NCBI GenBank assembly: GCA_017499595.2
Contig: CM039006.1
Location: forward strand, 496,001 to 560,000
From: Psilocybe cubensis
Lineage: Eukaryota
DNA length: 64,000 nt
Direction of reading: 5' to 3'
Part shown: positions 1 to 11,894 of the stretch, in pieces
How positions within the stretch are numbered: the stretch's first letter is position 1
Layout: each line of letters starts with the position of its first letter
The notes under the pieces: generated by a model
Seen by the model: the letters and a program-made list of their open reading frames with translations, nothing else
What the model was told of the DNA's origin: nothing
The model's database searches: none
Made by a program: the position numbers and the translations under genes

Positions 1-1697
1 AGAGCCTCTCGAAGAAAACTGAATCTGTGGGGAGGACATGTATAAGTTAAAGGATCCTTATATAACTTGTTTTATACCGCTAATGTGACCCATCCTGTTT
101 GCAGGATGGTTTGATATTGTCAGCAGAATAGTCATCAACAACTGGATCCGCCAACTCCGTTGAAAAACCGGAAGCTCCCCGTGGCCCATTTTAAGGCTTA
201 GGAGGCGTGATTAATTCCTGGTATGCTATATGTTCACTACTAAACATGTTGATGTATTTGCTGACATATGCACGTCAGCTGGCCGTGTATAATGTTATAC
301 AATGAACAAGCCACAGGATATGAGTCGTGTTATCTATAAAATAAAAATAAATTAGAGAACTTTCAGCAATAACACAATGACTGCATGTCGGCTAATAGAT
401 AATTTGCTGGAGATATGAGCAGTCGAACCCTAGGAGAAACAAAGCGTCTCTGCGTAGCTCGTTGATTCACGGCTATTCATCTCTCTCCCGAATATCAGTA
501 AGACGGTGTGGGCGCCTAAAAATATTTACTTCAAATTGTTCTCACGGCAGTCTATTCCTGTCATATATTATATCCCACACAATGTATGTTTTTTCAACGA
601 ATATCAAAAATTTCAAAAAAGGGTGCTGGTGATATGCTGACGAGCGGTGTGGGCGTGCAAAGGAAGAGAGACAAGCTGGGAAGTGCCTACAACACCCAAA
701 AGCTCGTGCAAAATGCGTTGATGTGTGTGGGTTGCTTCACAAAGCCCTGCTGAACCACAGGTGACTGGGGAGTTGTTGAGAGGGTAAGAACGAAATGTAG
801 ACGGTTTTGACGGCTGGGAGCGACGCTGGTGGACGCAATATATTGTATACTTAGACGCAGTTCGAAACGACGCAAGAGAGCGCGGTAAAATTGACGATGA
901 ATTCGCAAAAATCTGTTATTTGGGTAGGGAATGATACTCTAAGGGGGAGAAAACATACTCTACCTGCCTAGTATGTCTGAGCTAAGTGGTTCTAACGCTA
1001 CCATTACTAAAGGGGGAATAGAAAACTATAGAATGTACGAGAAGTTGTGAAATAGGAGCTGTTTTTGAGGGGTGAGGCTGGAGGAAGAACCCGAATTCGT
1101 ATTTTCCACTAAGTCGATCGCGACGTCTAGGCGTGCCAGGAACGAGTCGAAACGTGGTAAAGGTCTTGACTACTCCATGAGGCTTGATAGGGGGCGTGTT
1201 GCGCACAATAGGAGGTGAAGCTACGGGTGTCTGAAAGTAATAAAGTTGATATGGAGTGGTCTGGTTGACGAAAGGGGAGGATGTTATGGATGTCGAGGTT
1301 CGTGGTTATAGGCCAATGGTCGATGCGGTGCGCGGCATATCGTGGGAATGCGCAGTCGTGTGAATTCGCGCATTTGTGCGAGCGCGCTCGTAGCGCGACA
1401 CGGCTTATCACTGGTATATTTTCTTAGTATTATTACTAGTAGGATATCTAGTCAAGAGCTTATTTGGGCATGACTGTTTCTGAATGTCAAAGAAAAAAAA
1501 CTTCTCCAAAATTTCTCTGCCACTTAATGTTGACAACCACGATCCATCACCAGATTATCAAAGACTGCAAAACAGGTGAACGCAGGCGTTCGACAACGTT
1601 CACCTGTGTTTCGGTCTCCTATACCAGATGAGGAGAGGTACACAGTACACGTGGAAAGACGTACCTCTAGCTTCCCGCAGTAGGGCATAGCACAGCT

Positions 1698-2174
1698 TTA
1701 AAACTTAAGCAAACGAGAGAACTGGCCAGAGAGAACATTGAAGTAGTTTTCCACTTGTTTGTTTTTTGCGAGGTTGCAGGATCGGCTTTCCAAGTGTTGT
1801 ACAAATCCCGAGATGAGTTTGAACTCTGCATTACACTTCGGACAATTAAACTTCTTGTCATCGTGGGCGGCCGAGTTTAGATGGCTGTTGAGTCCAGCCA
1901 GAGTGGTACATTTCTTCTCGCAAAGGAAACATGCGTACGCTTGTTCATTCCAGGACGCCTCCCAGGCGATGTAGCCCGTGACAGTCGACGGGCCAGCCTC
2001 AATGCGTTTGATCGAAATATTTGGGACGATACCCACCTTGTGAACTGCAGCTGTAACCTGGTGGCGCGTGACTCTGTGGCAGCCCGATTCGATGTGCAAT
2101 GCAATCCCAGACGGGCATTTAAACAGAAAGGACATTTAAAGTCGCGACCTTTATGTGCCAACGAATTCTGGTGC
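1698..2174 (-). pseudogene. C-terminal fragment of a C2H2 zinc-finger protein, frameshifted
   Basis: HQNSLAHKGRDFKCPFC continues in another frame as FKCPSGIALHIESG...YACFLCEKKCTTLAGLNSHLNSAAH...FNCPKC. It aligns by eye with the last exon of the 42720-44693 gene. No upstream exons are present. Confidence 0.75.
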
Positions 2175-3386
2175 TATTGATCTCATAGACAAAATCCGAA
2201 AAGTTGAATATGCGCTCAAGGGGCGCAACCTCGGATGGCTCAGGGGCGTGACCTTTTACAGAACCGTCAAACATTTGCCACGCAATTGCCAGTCGCTGTC
2301 GGTTGAGTGAACGCAGTATAAGCAAACGTACGCCGACGTAGTTTATCCCAAGATGGAGGCTGACAAGAATGAAGAGTAGGATGTGTGTCGATAAAGGCGA
2401 CGACACATATGGAACAATTAATGTTCCAAGCTAGACCGAACTGGTGAGTTAGCAGTTCCTAATCAAAATCGCAAATGTTACGTACCAGCATGCCGAAAAG
2501 AGCGAGCACAGTTTCTTTGCTGGCATCTTTCGCATTGAGATCACCTACATCGCCTTTACCGGAAATAGGGGTAGCAAAGTGTACCGCAATTGCGGCCTTG
2601 GAGCCTCCAGCACAGATGGAGCAGAGAGATTTGAAAATAGCGCTCAGACAGAGAGAAGCAACACGAAGACCAGGAATAGAGAACGTGTTGAAGAACGGGG
2701 ACAGGGTATCCAGAATCACCGCCGTGTCGTTTAATACATCTGCAAGCAGCCGATAGGTTTTTGCTTCTGGATAAAGAGAAGACCCAATTAGATGTGCGGA
2801 CAGTATGGCTACAAATTAATCCCGCTGCGCCAGTTCGTCCACAATAAGAGCAAGATGGGACAGCTCGTACTCGTCAGTCGACCGAAGACATCTTGTAACA
2901 CTGTAAGTAGAAGTGCCTTGGTGGCTGAGGCAGTGGGATCCCCTACACCAAATCCTGAGACGACGACGATGGTCAGCAGCTTATGAAGATAGGACCAAGT
3001 ATGCGGCTAACCTTGTAAGATGGCCCTCGATGACAACATCCCAGCTAACGAGTTACAAAACGCTTGCAGTGCATTTAGAATTTGATAACTGCATATGTAT
3101 TGGATAATAATCGCAAGGCCTCGACGGATGATTCATACCGAAGATAATCTGCAAAAGGTTGTCAACAAACCATAAAGATATTAACCAAATTCAGCTCACC
3201 TGGAGAAACACTATTGGGATATCCTGACGGTAGGAACATCCGAGTTAAAAGGTCGACTATATACACCATTCCAACATGTCTATCTCCGTGTTCAGGTCGA
3301 CTTGACTTCGTCGCTTTAACTATGCCATTAACGAGTTGAGTGTGGGCGATTCCTCCAGTGTCCAAGCGTTCCTCGATTATGGCCAT
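2119..3386 (-). pseudogene. RUS1/DUF647-family gene, multi-exon, apparently 3'-truncated
   Basis: Spliced reading gives FLPSGYPNSVSP/DYLR/YQILNALQAFCNSLAGMLSSRAILQG/FGVGDPTASAT.../EAKTYRLLADVLND...DLNAKDASKET/...RSLNRQR, typical RUS1 motifs. After ERIF the frame runs into zinc-finger sequence and stops at 2119. Confidence 0.75.
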
Positions 3387-4734
3387 AACCTCAAGCCGTA
3401 TAGAGCTGTCGCAGTAGGAGTTGCCAACTACCAGAGCGGCACAAGCCACTGGTTGGGTAACGAGTTACGGTTGAAAATGGCGTGCTCCGGACCTCGGGTG
3501 AAAATTTTATCTCCGCTTTAATTTAGTCTTAACTTGGTTAATTTTCAGGGGCTACAAATGGGACTTTTGGCATCTGAAGCGTTCAGGTCGCGACGAACGT
3601 ACAACTCAATTATAAAGGTAATGCTATCATTAAATGGATTTATAATATCTTACTTGTAATAGGGCGAGGGATTTTGATCGTGGAAGTATGATTACAATGG
3701 CTTACACTCTACTCAACATCACGGCCTGTCTCGAAAGAGAAAGGAGATTTCGCACGGGAATCAAATGAATACAGGGTCTCTACACGGGGTATTTCTGATA
3801 TCTACGTAAAGATATGGCTAATGAATTTTGCTGGTGGTAAGACTTCCACGAGAAGACGCGAAGGCTTTCATTAATTGGCTCGTTCAATTTTTTAATCAGC
3901 AGATCATAGTTTGACTGGTTTATATCATCCGTTTGTTCTATCACTGTCAGATATCGAGTCGAGTCATGAAAACTGAAGACTCTGTTTCTCTCCGTATCGT
4001 GAGGCGAGGCTTCCGGGGTCCGAGGACTGAGTCGGATCTCAGAAGGTACATCACTGACAGATTTGTGTGAAGTAACTGTTGTTCATTGCTCGTTTTCGGC
4101 TTTCCTTCATCATATCATATTTCAAGGCCTGTGCTAGAAATATCTGACTCGACTTGATATGAGTTTCTTAATAGCCACAGCGTAAGGCTATAGGCCGCTG
4201 CTCAATAGCTTATCTAAACAAGACTGAACGTGATGCGAAAAACGGAATACCCACGGATACACACACACAACAACGTAAGCTAATGACAACACATATCTTC
4301 CCACAGATAATCCTTGATCAAGAAGACTCATCGAGGAAACGCACAGTCCCTTCGTTCTTTAGTTTTTCGAACATGCTCCGAAACTTATACACAGCTCAGG
4401 TATCTGAGGGATAACCTATGAAGATTGAAAGCGGATTTCAATCAGAGTAGTTAAACGTTGGGAAGTGAACTGCTGAAAAATGCGCCACTGGATCGTGTTA
4501 TCGCCTATACATAGCTGCGGCCTTGTGTGTAACCCTGTGGAAGAAGTCACGATTTTAGAAGTAACAAATGGTTTCTCATGATTGGTGTACCCAATTAATC
4601 AGAATAAGCCCGGTTCAATGGATTGCGACGAACAGCCTGAGATTTTAGATACACACACACATCGATTGTGGTTTTTAGGAGACAGAAAGCACTTCTGAAT
4701 TCTTCCCGCCACCCCAATACAACCACTGTTAGTA

Positions 4735-6334
4735 ATGGCTCACCTCTTCACCGCACCCGTCGTAGATGCTACACCAGACAACGGCTTCGCAGATAGCGAC
4801 CGTGTATCCTCGGCATACTTGCACCACCAAGAGAGTTCGTACACGGATCTATGGACCGACGTTGACGAATCCTGTAAGCTGAATGTGCCATCGGGAAGCA
4901 CTTGGGGTGTCTTTCGCTGATTTAAAATGTATATTATCATAGCACCCCAGTATCAAGATGGTCTCAAGCTATTTCTCGAGTGTCTGGTTGAGCTAGATCA
5001 GCTAGACGCAAGTTCTCCACTTAGATTGACAATGGAGGGCGGTGGTCCCCTTTTTATGTCCCAACATCACCTGGAAGACCCCCAAGTTACCTTACCTTCT
5101 GCACGAAGGTGCACACCAGAGCCATGGGATGCGTATCATAGCTCGAGTGAATACTATTTCGAACACACTTATGCTACTTTCATGCTGACTTCACTTTGGT
5201 CGGTCCCGTAGACAAATGTGCTATACCTCCCCCCACTGGTAGGCAGCTCAATGCACTCACATCATCAAGATTCCAATACCACGAACCAGGCTCGACGTCA
5301 CCCGAAGGGGACAATTATAATGAACACCTGTCGGCTCCATTACCGATCGCACCAGTATCAAAGTCTACGCCATTGTGGTCGATGTCGGGGGAATCTTCGT
5401 ACCCAAGACCACCCTCCTTTCCCATCGAAGACAATCTGAGTAAGAGCAGTATGCCCTCTCGGTCCCGTTTATGGTTATTGACCAACGATCAATTTATGAC
5501 TAGACCAACCCGACTATTGGAATAAGACTGCCGTCAATGTCATTCCTGGCAGCAAACCAGTTGGGCTACCATACCAGCGGTAAGAGTCAAACCCTACTTA
5601 ATACCATCATTATATGATGTACCTGTGTATTGACTCACACACAGACAGCAATCGCTGACTGCAGCGATATGGTCTAGCCCTGGCCATCATCCGATAGGTT
5701 CCTTCTCCTCATCCAGAAAGGAGAAAGAAAATATCATGAATACATCCACCACCGACGCACATGGAACTGGCTCCGGGCACCTAGTGCCCGTAGAGCACAT
5801 ACCGGACAACCATGCACAAGGAAGAAATGGAAGGTATGATGTTTTCTTTCATCCTCTCTACTGAGTGGATTCTGACAGCATGTCCTGGGATATAGTGAGG
5901 AATTGCCACATACAGGGCATGACATAGAAACCAAAAGGTGAGAATCACAAAACCATCACTTCAGCGCAGTGAGCTCTAAAGACATCAATTTTCTTCATAG
6001 GACCTCCCGAAAGAGATCTCACGCAGATTCAATCGGGGAGGATAACCATGTAAAAGTCCTCCCCAGGGCAAAAAAGAGCAAGGCCACGGTGGTTGAGCCA
6101 AGCTCAAAAGTTACAGGGTCCAAAAGGAATGTCAAGCGACCGATTCAAGTACAATCGGCGCTCCCCGAGATGATGGCAGAGGTTGCAGATGGGGTGGAGA
6201 TAGTGGAGGCTAGTGAGATTGAGAACGATGGAATTATCAATCGTTTCTTGAGTTTGACCGGCCGAGAGTGCGTAGAAGGGGCAACTGGATTCAACCCATT
6301 GCCTATTCAATTTGACACCATGGAACTGTTGTAA
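4735..6334 (+). CDS. Hypothetical multi-exon protein, boundaries uncertain
   Basis: Chain of same-strand Pro/Ser/Lys-rich ORF segments separated by intron-like GT..AG gaps. No recognisable domain. Confidence 0.35.
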
Positions 6335-7104
6335 GTGGGATAGTTGAATCTGGTTCACGAGGCATTGAGGCTGACAAGCCCATAATATAGAACCGGGCCT
6401 CCAGACACTTCCAAGAAGAAGAGAGGCCATGGAAAGGGTCCCAAGACGTAGCAGTGAGTGGGCAGTAGGGTGTCGAGGAGTCGAACGCATCGTCGCGAAC
6501 AGCGCGATGCGACTTTTTTACCCTCGCACGCTTTATCGAGTCCTAATATCGATGGGCCGCCGTGATTTCTCACGGATGCCGGCCACGAGCTTAGCCATAA
6601 AAGTCGTTACACACGCTTTTTTTGGCAGTCGTGATGGGACAATTAGTAGCAAATTAGTAGCAACTTTGTAGTAGCTCAAAGCTCGTTGAGAACTACAATC
6701 ATTCACTCTTTATGACTATTTGTCAGAAATTCATAGATTCAATGATTATGGATGCATCTAGATAAGTTTGGGTCTGATTAATATTTATCCTTCAATTAGA
6801 ATACCAGCCGCCTTAGTAGTGCTTTGCACGATCGAGGTATGCATTTTCTGCCCGGCCATATCGGCCTTTTGTACTGTGTTGGCTTGTTCATATCATTGTT
6901 CAACGTTCAACCCTCGACGCGTAACACTCGGTTTCAAGCCTGCAGGCAGGACTTAGGAACCAGTTTGACGTCTACACGACCTGAACAAGGCACGTATTCA
7001 TAAACTGAAACAAAATGATGGGACTGGCTAAACAATTATGCATTAGATTTAGCGCCCAATGGTCTTCCGTCCGACGGACAAAAACGCCCGAAAAAAGGTT
7101 AAGT

Positions 7105-7199
7105 AGCCCACCGCGAGGGTCGAACTCGCAGCCTTCAGATCGCCTTTGCCCATAGACACTGTAAGAGTCTGACGCTCTATCCGATTGAGCTAGGCGGGC
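7105..7199 (-). tRNA. tRNA-Lys(CTT) with 21-nt intron
   Basis: GCCCGCC acceptor stem, TCAGA-CT-CTT-A[intron]A-TCTGA anticodon arm, GTTCGA T-loop and downstream T-run. Confidence 0.95.
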
Positions 7200-7694
7200 G
7201 ATGTCAGTAACTGAGGCTGTCGCCACCCGCTCCGGGGTCAACGGGAATGCAAAGGATTCCAACAATAAATCCAACGATGAACGGAAAATACGTGTAGCAT
7301 CTCTCTAAACAAAGGACAGAACAGGTGGGCTCCACCTATTGGAGGCAAAATTGGCGTGCCAATATTGGGCACCCCACGCAACGCGATCATCTCAACTAAG
7401 CCGCACCAAAAGCTGTACCAAAGCGGTGCAATGTGTGCGACATGGTGATACTCGAGATAACCCATGCGATGATCTCCCAGTATCCCGGATGCGCAATTAG
7501 CACATTAGATATTTGCGAAGAGTTAGTTCAAACTTATTTCTGAGAAAAACTGTATGTACTACAGAAAGTCTGTTTCTGGTAGCGATACATCACTACGCAG
7601 GAAAATAGACGTGAACTAATGGTAATGCAAACTGATTATACTGCGACAGTACTCATCAACCTCTTCGCGTTTGGTGTGTCTTGGGTAGTTTTGC

Positions 7695-7859
7695 TTACGA
7701 CAATTCAACGGTGTCTGCAAACAGGTCACCTGCAAGGCCCCCGGGATACCGAGGCAGGCCACCAACAACTAATTCGAGCTTTCGTGCACTCTGCCTGATT
7801 GTGTTGATCTCATCTTCTGTCAATTTTACGTTGCCTGCGGCTGCTTTCTCTGCCAAGTA
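7695..7859 (-). pseudogene. Orphan last exon of an aldo-keto reductase
   Basis: [54 protein letters not shown] closely matches the last exon of the AKR at 33764-35213. No upstream AKR exons are recognisable. Confidence 0.85.
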
Positions 7860-8302
7860 CTCTAGAAAAATAGTCAGGTTTTGTTGAATCAATGCCAAAG
7901 TTCCCAAGCCAGTGTGCTGAGCCTCTGGTGAAAGTACCCAAGTCAAAGAGGGCAGCGGATTTGAAATGTGATCGATATGTAAACAAGGATAATCAAGTTT
8001 CTGACTCAGCATATTTTGAGCTCCGCTCGGTTTTGCCTTACTAGTACTTATCTATCTAGAAAAGAGACGAGATTCACAGAAGGCCTGGATCACGAGGCTA
8101 CCACTACATATCTTACCGTCTCGCATACACAAGTAGGCCTCCTCTCGATACGAGAGTCTGGTTGTTTAAAGGTATTTTACGCTTTCCCACAGAAACACCG
8201 GCATTCGAAAACTTTTCATCTCCCGTTATAGCCGATATTTCACACAATGTCCACGAGTATAAGTGGTCACACAGGCTTGCCACCTCAGTATTTCCACTCT
8301 TA

Positions 8303-10543
8303 ATGTGGCGTTCAACTTTGTTCCGACCGCAAACGTGTAGGATGTTCACGACCGAAGCTAAACGTGTCGATTGTGTTTTTTCTCAACTTCCTCCTGCGCC
8401 GCCACACTCGTTACCGCCTTTTACTACGTTTCCGTCGACTCCGCCGCATTCCGTCAAACATTGGAAGGCGGATGTTTTAGCTCATCGCAAGCTTTACCAT
8501 TGCCTTCGAAATCTTCATAAGTCTGTGGGATACAATCGCCATCGAATTGTTGAATGGCCAGTGGAATCCTCGGACACATCTAGGTATGCACAATATTGAA
8601 TTCTGCGCATTGGAACTGCTCATTTGCCGCGCAGACTCCCACTAGGAGACTATATGCAGTCACTCATAAGCCCCATTGCAAAGTTATTAAATACGCTTCA
8701 CAGCCCTGAAGTGCTACAAGGGAATCCAATGGGATGTGTCAAAGTTGAACTCGGAAATTGTGAGCCGCTGTCCTTGAGTGATTTAATAATCATTTCTCAT
8801 ATGTGAATTTTTTCTTGCAGTCATTGTTGGAGCCACCTTTACAACCGACGAGTTCAAGTTGTACTCTATTTATCCTCCATATATTCTGTTTGTCGTAAGT
8901 CAGGTATAGTTTCTCAACATGCCTCAGACCGAATAATTATGCATGTTACAGCCAGACGAACTGTTCGAACCTGATGGACAAACGTGCTCCGCCGGCCTCA
9001 AATTCGCATTTTCAAAGATCTCGGATTCTGCATCATCAGTCATCGTAACAAATTTCAAAGACATCGCAGTTTTCTTTATGAGAAAAGGTGGGTACATCTC
9101 TGTAGGAGAAGACGTCTTTATCAAGGTAGAAACATCCCATATTCCGGCGGCATTGAGAACTTTAGCAACTGCTTGCTTGCTCGATGCATTGCCGCCGTTT
9201 GGCTTTATGAATGGCCCTAATTTGTACGCTGGCATATGGGATGAGAATTTCATTCTTCCGATGGGTCCGCCTCAAAACCCCGACCAACCTCTGCATTCCG
9301 ATGAGCACTTGATTCCTACGTGTAATCGCAATTCTGACTTTGACCGCGCTACTTTGTTACGGGACCGTAACAGAGCTCTGCAGTTTTTTCGATGGAATAA
9401 ACATGTGCTGCAACGTAAATCCAAACTTGTCACACGTGCTAAAGATCTTCTTCACGGGACCACAAATCAACGTTTCAATCCAGCTATACAGGTTCCGTCC
9501 CCCTTGTATCCGTTCGATCCATCCGAGTTGCCTTCGGACACTAGGAATCATCTCCAAATGATTTACCGTGTGTCACCATTGTCTCAAGGCGGTCTTGACA
9601 AGGCATTGGCACAAAGCAAATCGTTCGCACTTCAGATTGACGACGTGCTAGCGGAAGGGGAGAGAGTGAGATTCTGCTCTGTCTACCGCTGCAGGCTCAC
9701 ATCAATTGATGGGCACCCTGTATCTTCCTCACCTTTGCTTTGTTTAAAACTTTTTGACGACCGATTCCAAGATTTACATCACTTGATTGACTATGAAGAT
9801 CCCTTTCCCCTTTGGTTTGGGTTAGTATCCATCGCCGAAGACTGTGCTGATATCGAGACGATCGTTTATAATAAACTTCGTCCTGTACAAGGAACGGTTA
9901 TTCCTTGGTTCTATGGGCAACATCAGGTAGCATTTATCGTTATAGTATGAGCTTTTTCTCTGATTAATAATTCTGAAAGTTTATTCTACCTAACGGAGTG
10001 ACCATTCAAGGGCTACTCATGGAATACATCGACGGATACCATCTGGACTCCGAACGCACAAATGAATTGAGTTCTGCTCAGCAGATCCAAGTTGTACGTA
10101 TTGATATCGTTGGTCCTTCAGAGAGGCTAATATAGCTGTACCAGATTCAAAGTTGTCGCCATGCTGTCCGTGTTCTGGATGCTGGAGACATAACGCAGAT
10201 GGATTGGCATGATCGCCAATTTGTACTGTGTACACATCCCACTGCCCAAGTGGAATGTGTCGTTCTCCTTGACTTTTCAACGATACTTCAAACCTGCGAA
10301 CCAGACTTCATTAATTTCCGGACAAACTGTCTCAAAATGTTGTCCGTCCTTCTTAATTCCGGCCCAACAGATGGGGGGCTCGATTCTGACTTGATTTTTC
10401 AATACTACGAAGATCCTGACACGTGGGATCCTACGGTGGGCGCAGTCGGCGACAAGAAAGGGCGCAGAAAATTTATTGAATACAATGGCACGATGTTCCC
10501 TTTTATAAAACTGGAGCAACCACCGCCTCTTGAACTAGTGTAA
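8303..10543 (+). CDS. Fungal protein with C-terminal atypical protein-kinase-like domain
   Basis: An in-frame spliced path can be built. Motifs LKLFDDRF, YNKLRPVQGTVIPWFYG, GLLMEYIDG, TQMDWH, VLLDFS. Confidence 0.7.
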
Positions 10544-11894
10544 AGCGTAGCTTTACGAGATATCTCAGTTTCACGCGACGTAAACGAGAACCAATCGTTT
10601 CTACGTAGTATAAAACAAAGATCTAAAGTTTTTCCCTCCCGCGACCAGTGCAATTAATCCTCCTCTGAGGTCCTTGCCAAATAATACTCAACAATAGATA
10701 GGGGCTCCTTACACATTCCTTACAACTAGCGAGGATATCAATGTGATGATCAAACCAAGATGTGGACCTGATAAACATGAGTGTAAGGCGGTCTTATAAT
10801 AGAGTAAGCCCATCGCTGTGTTACCTTTGCCCCGGACCCCGATGTAGTCGTACTTACCATGTTTGTATTTGTTTTATGAAGGTCATTGCTTTGCGATATC
10901 TGGTTGAGTCATTGTGGTGTAGTGTTGAAGTTGTGGGAATGGCAGTATACATAACTGTATATCAAGAAGAAGATAAGTAAATTGAACCGGAACGAGGCTT
11001 TCCATTCTACTTAAATGTTAAACTTCTAGCCATAAGTATTTAATGGCCTGGACCCGGAAACAATTGGGCCAAGCCGGTGTCATGCGGCCGAAGGCGCATC
11101 TTCATGAGTTCAAAGTTGTAGTGATTGTTGGGTGAGGTTGTTAAACTTGCTCGTGGAAACCGGTCTGTGCGAAAAGTCACATGTTTCACGTGCTCGACGC
11201 GTCGATGGACAACTTTGGTGGGCAATAGCGAGTTTAGTATGTACTAATGACGTTGAATAGCCATTAAGCGTGTAGATAAATTTCAGGTAGACCAAATGTG
11301 CGGGAAAATTTTTGGTCATGTTAGCTTCATGCTCAAACCCCAAAACAATTGTTCAGAAGTAGTGACACGTTTACTCGCCAATCTCATATAAAAATTATCC
11401 GATGCAATGTACGTATGGATGATATCTATTATTGACAGGACGTGGGCAACAAAACTATTGAATGAATGCCTGAAGTCTTATCGTTTTGTTCTGATTATAA
11501 ATAAACCGTTCGATAGCACACGAAGTCACCATATTGGCTTGTTGCTAATACAAATCGGGGTCCACAACTCGAACTTCCGCCGTCGTTGATTGGTTGCTGG
11601 AAAAAAATTGAATGAAAAAGTGGTTAGTCAGCAAGTTATTTCAATCACGAGTGCTTCTTCTTTTTGCCTTCTACGGGTACGACGGTCGACTCTACGCCTT
11701 CAGGTTTCGATGGTTGGAATAATAACTCTCATGTGCCATTCAAAAACAGAACTATGCTGAGTAAATTGGACCACAACCAAAGGTATAAAATGTGGTAAAA
11801 AAGGTGGCATGGTTCTATCAGTTGCCCAGGCTTCCACAACCAATTCCTCTCTCCCAACTTACGTTTCATTTCAATAAACAAACAAATAGAGAAA

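Noticed and set aside
687..1410. Possible solo LTR (TG..CA between ~914 and 1400, purine-rich tracts)
   Set aside because: No matching target-site duplication and no second copy in the window. It may still be repeat-derived but cannot be supported.
1571..1610. Inverted repeat CAGGTGAACG...CGTTCACCTG
   Set aside because: Only 10-bp arms, with no TSD or other element context.
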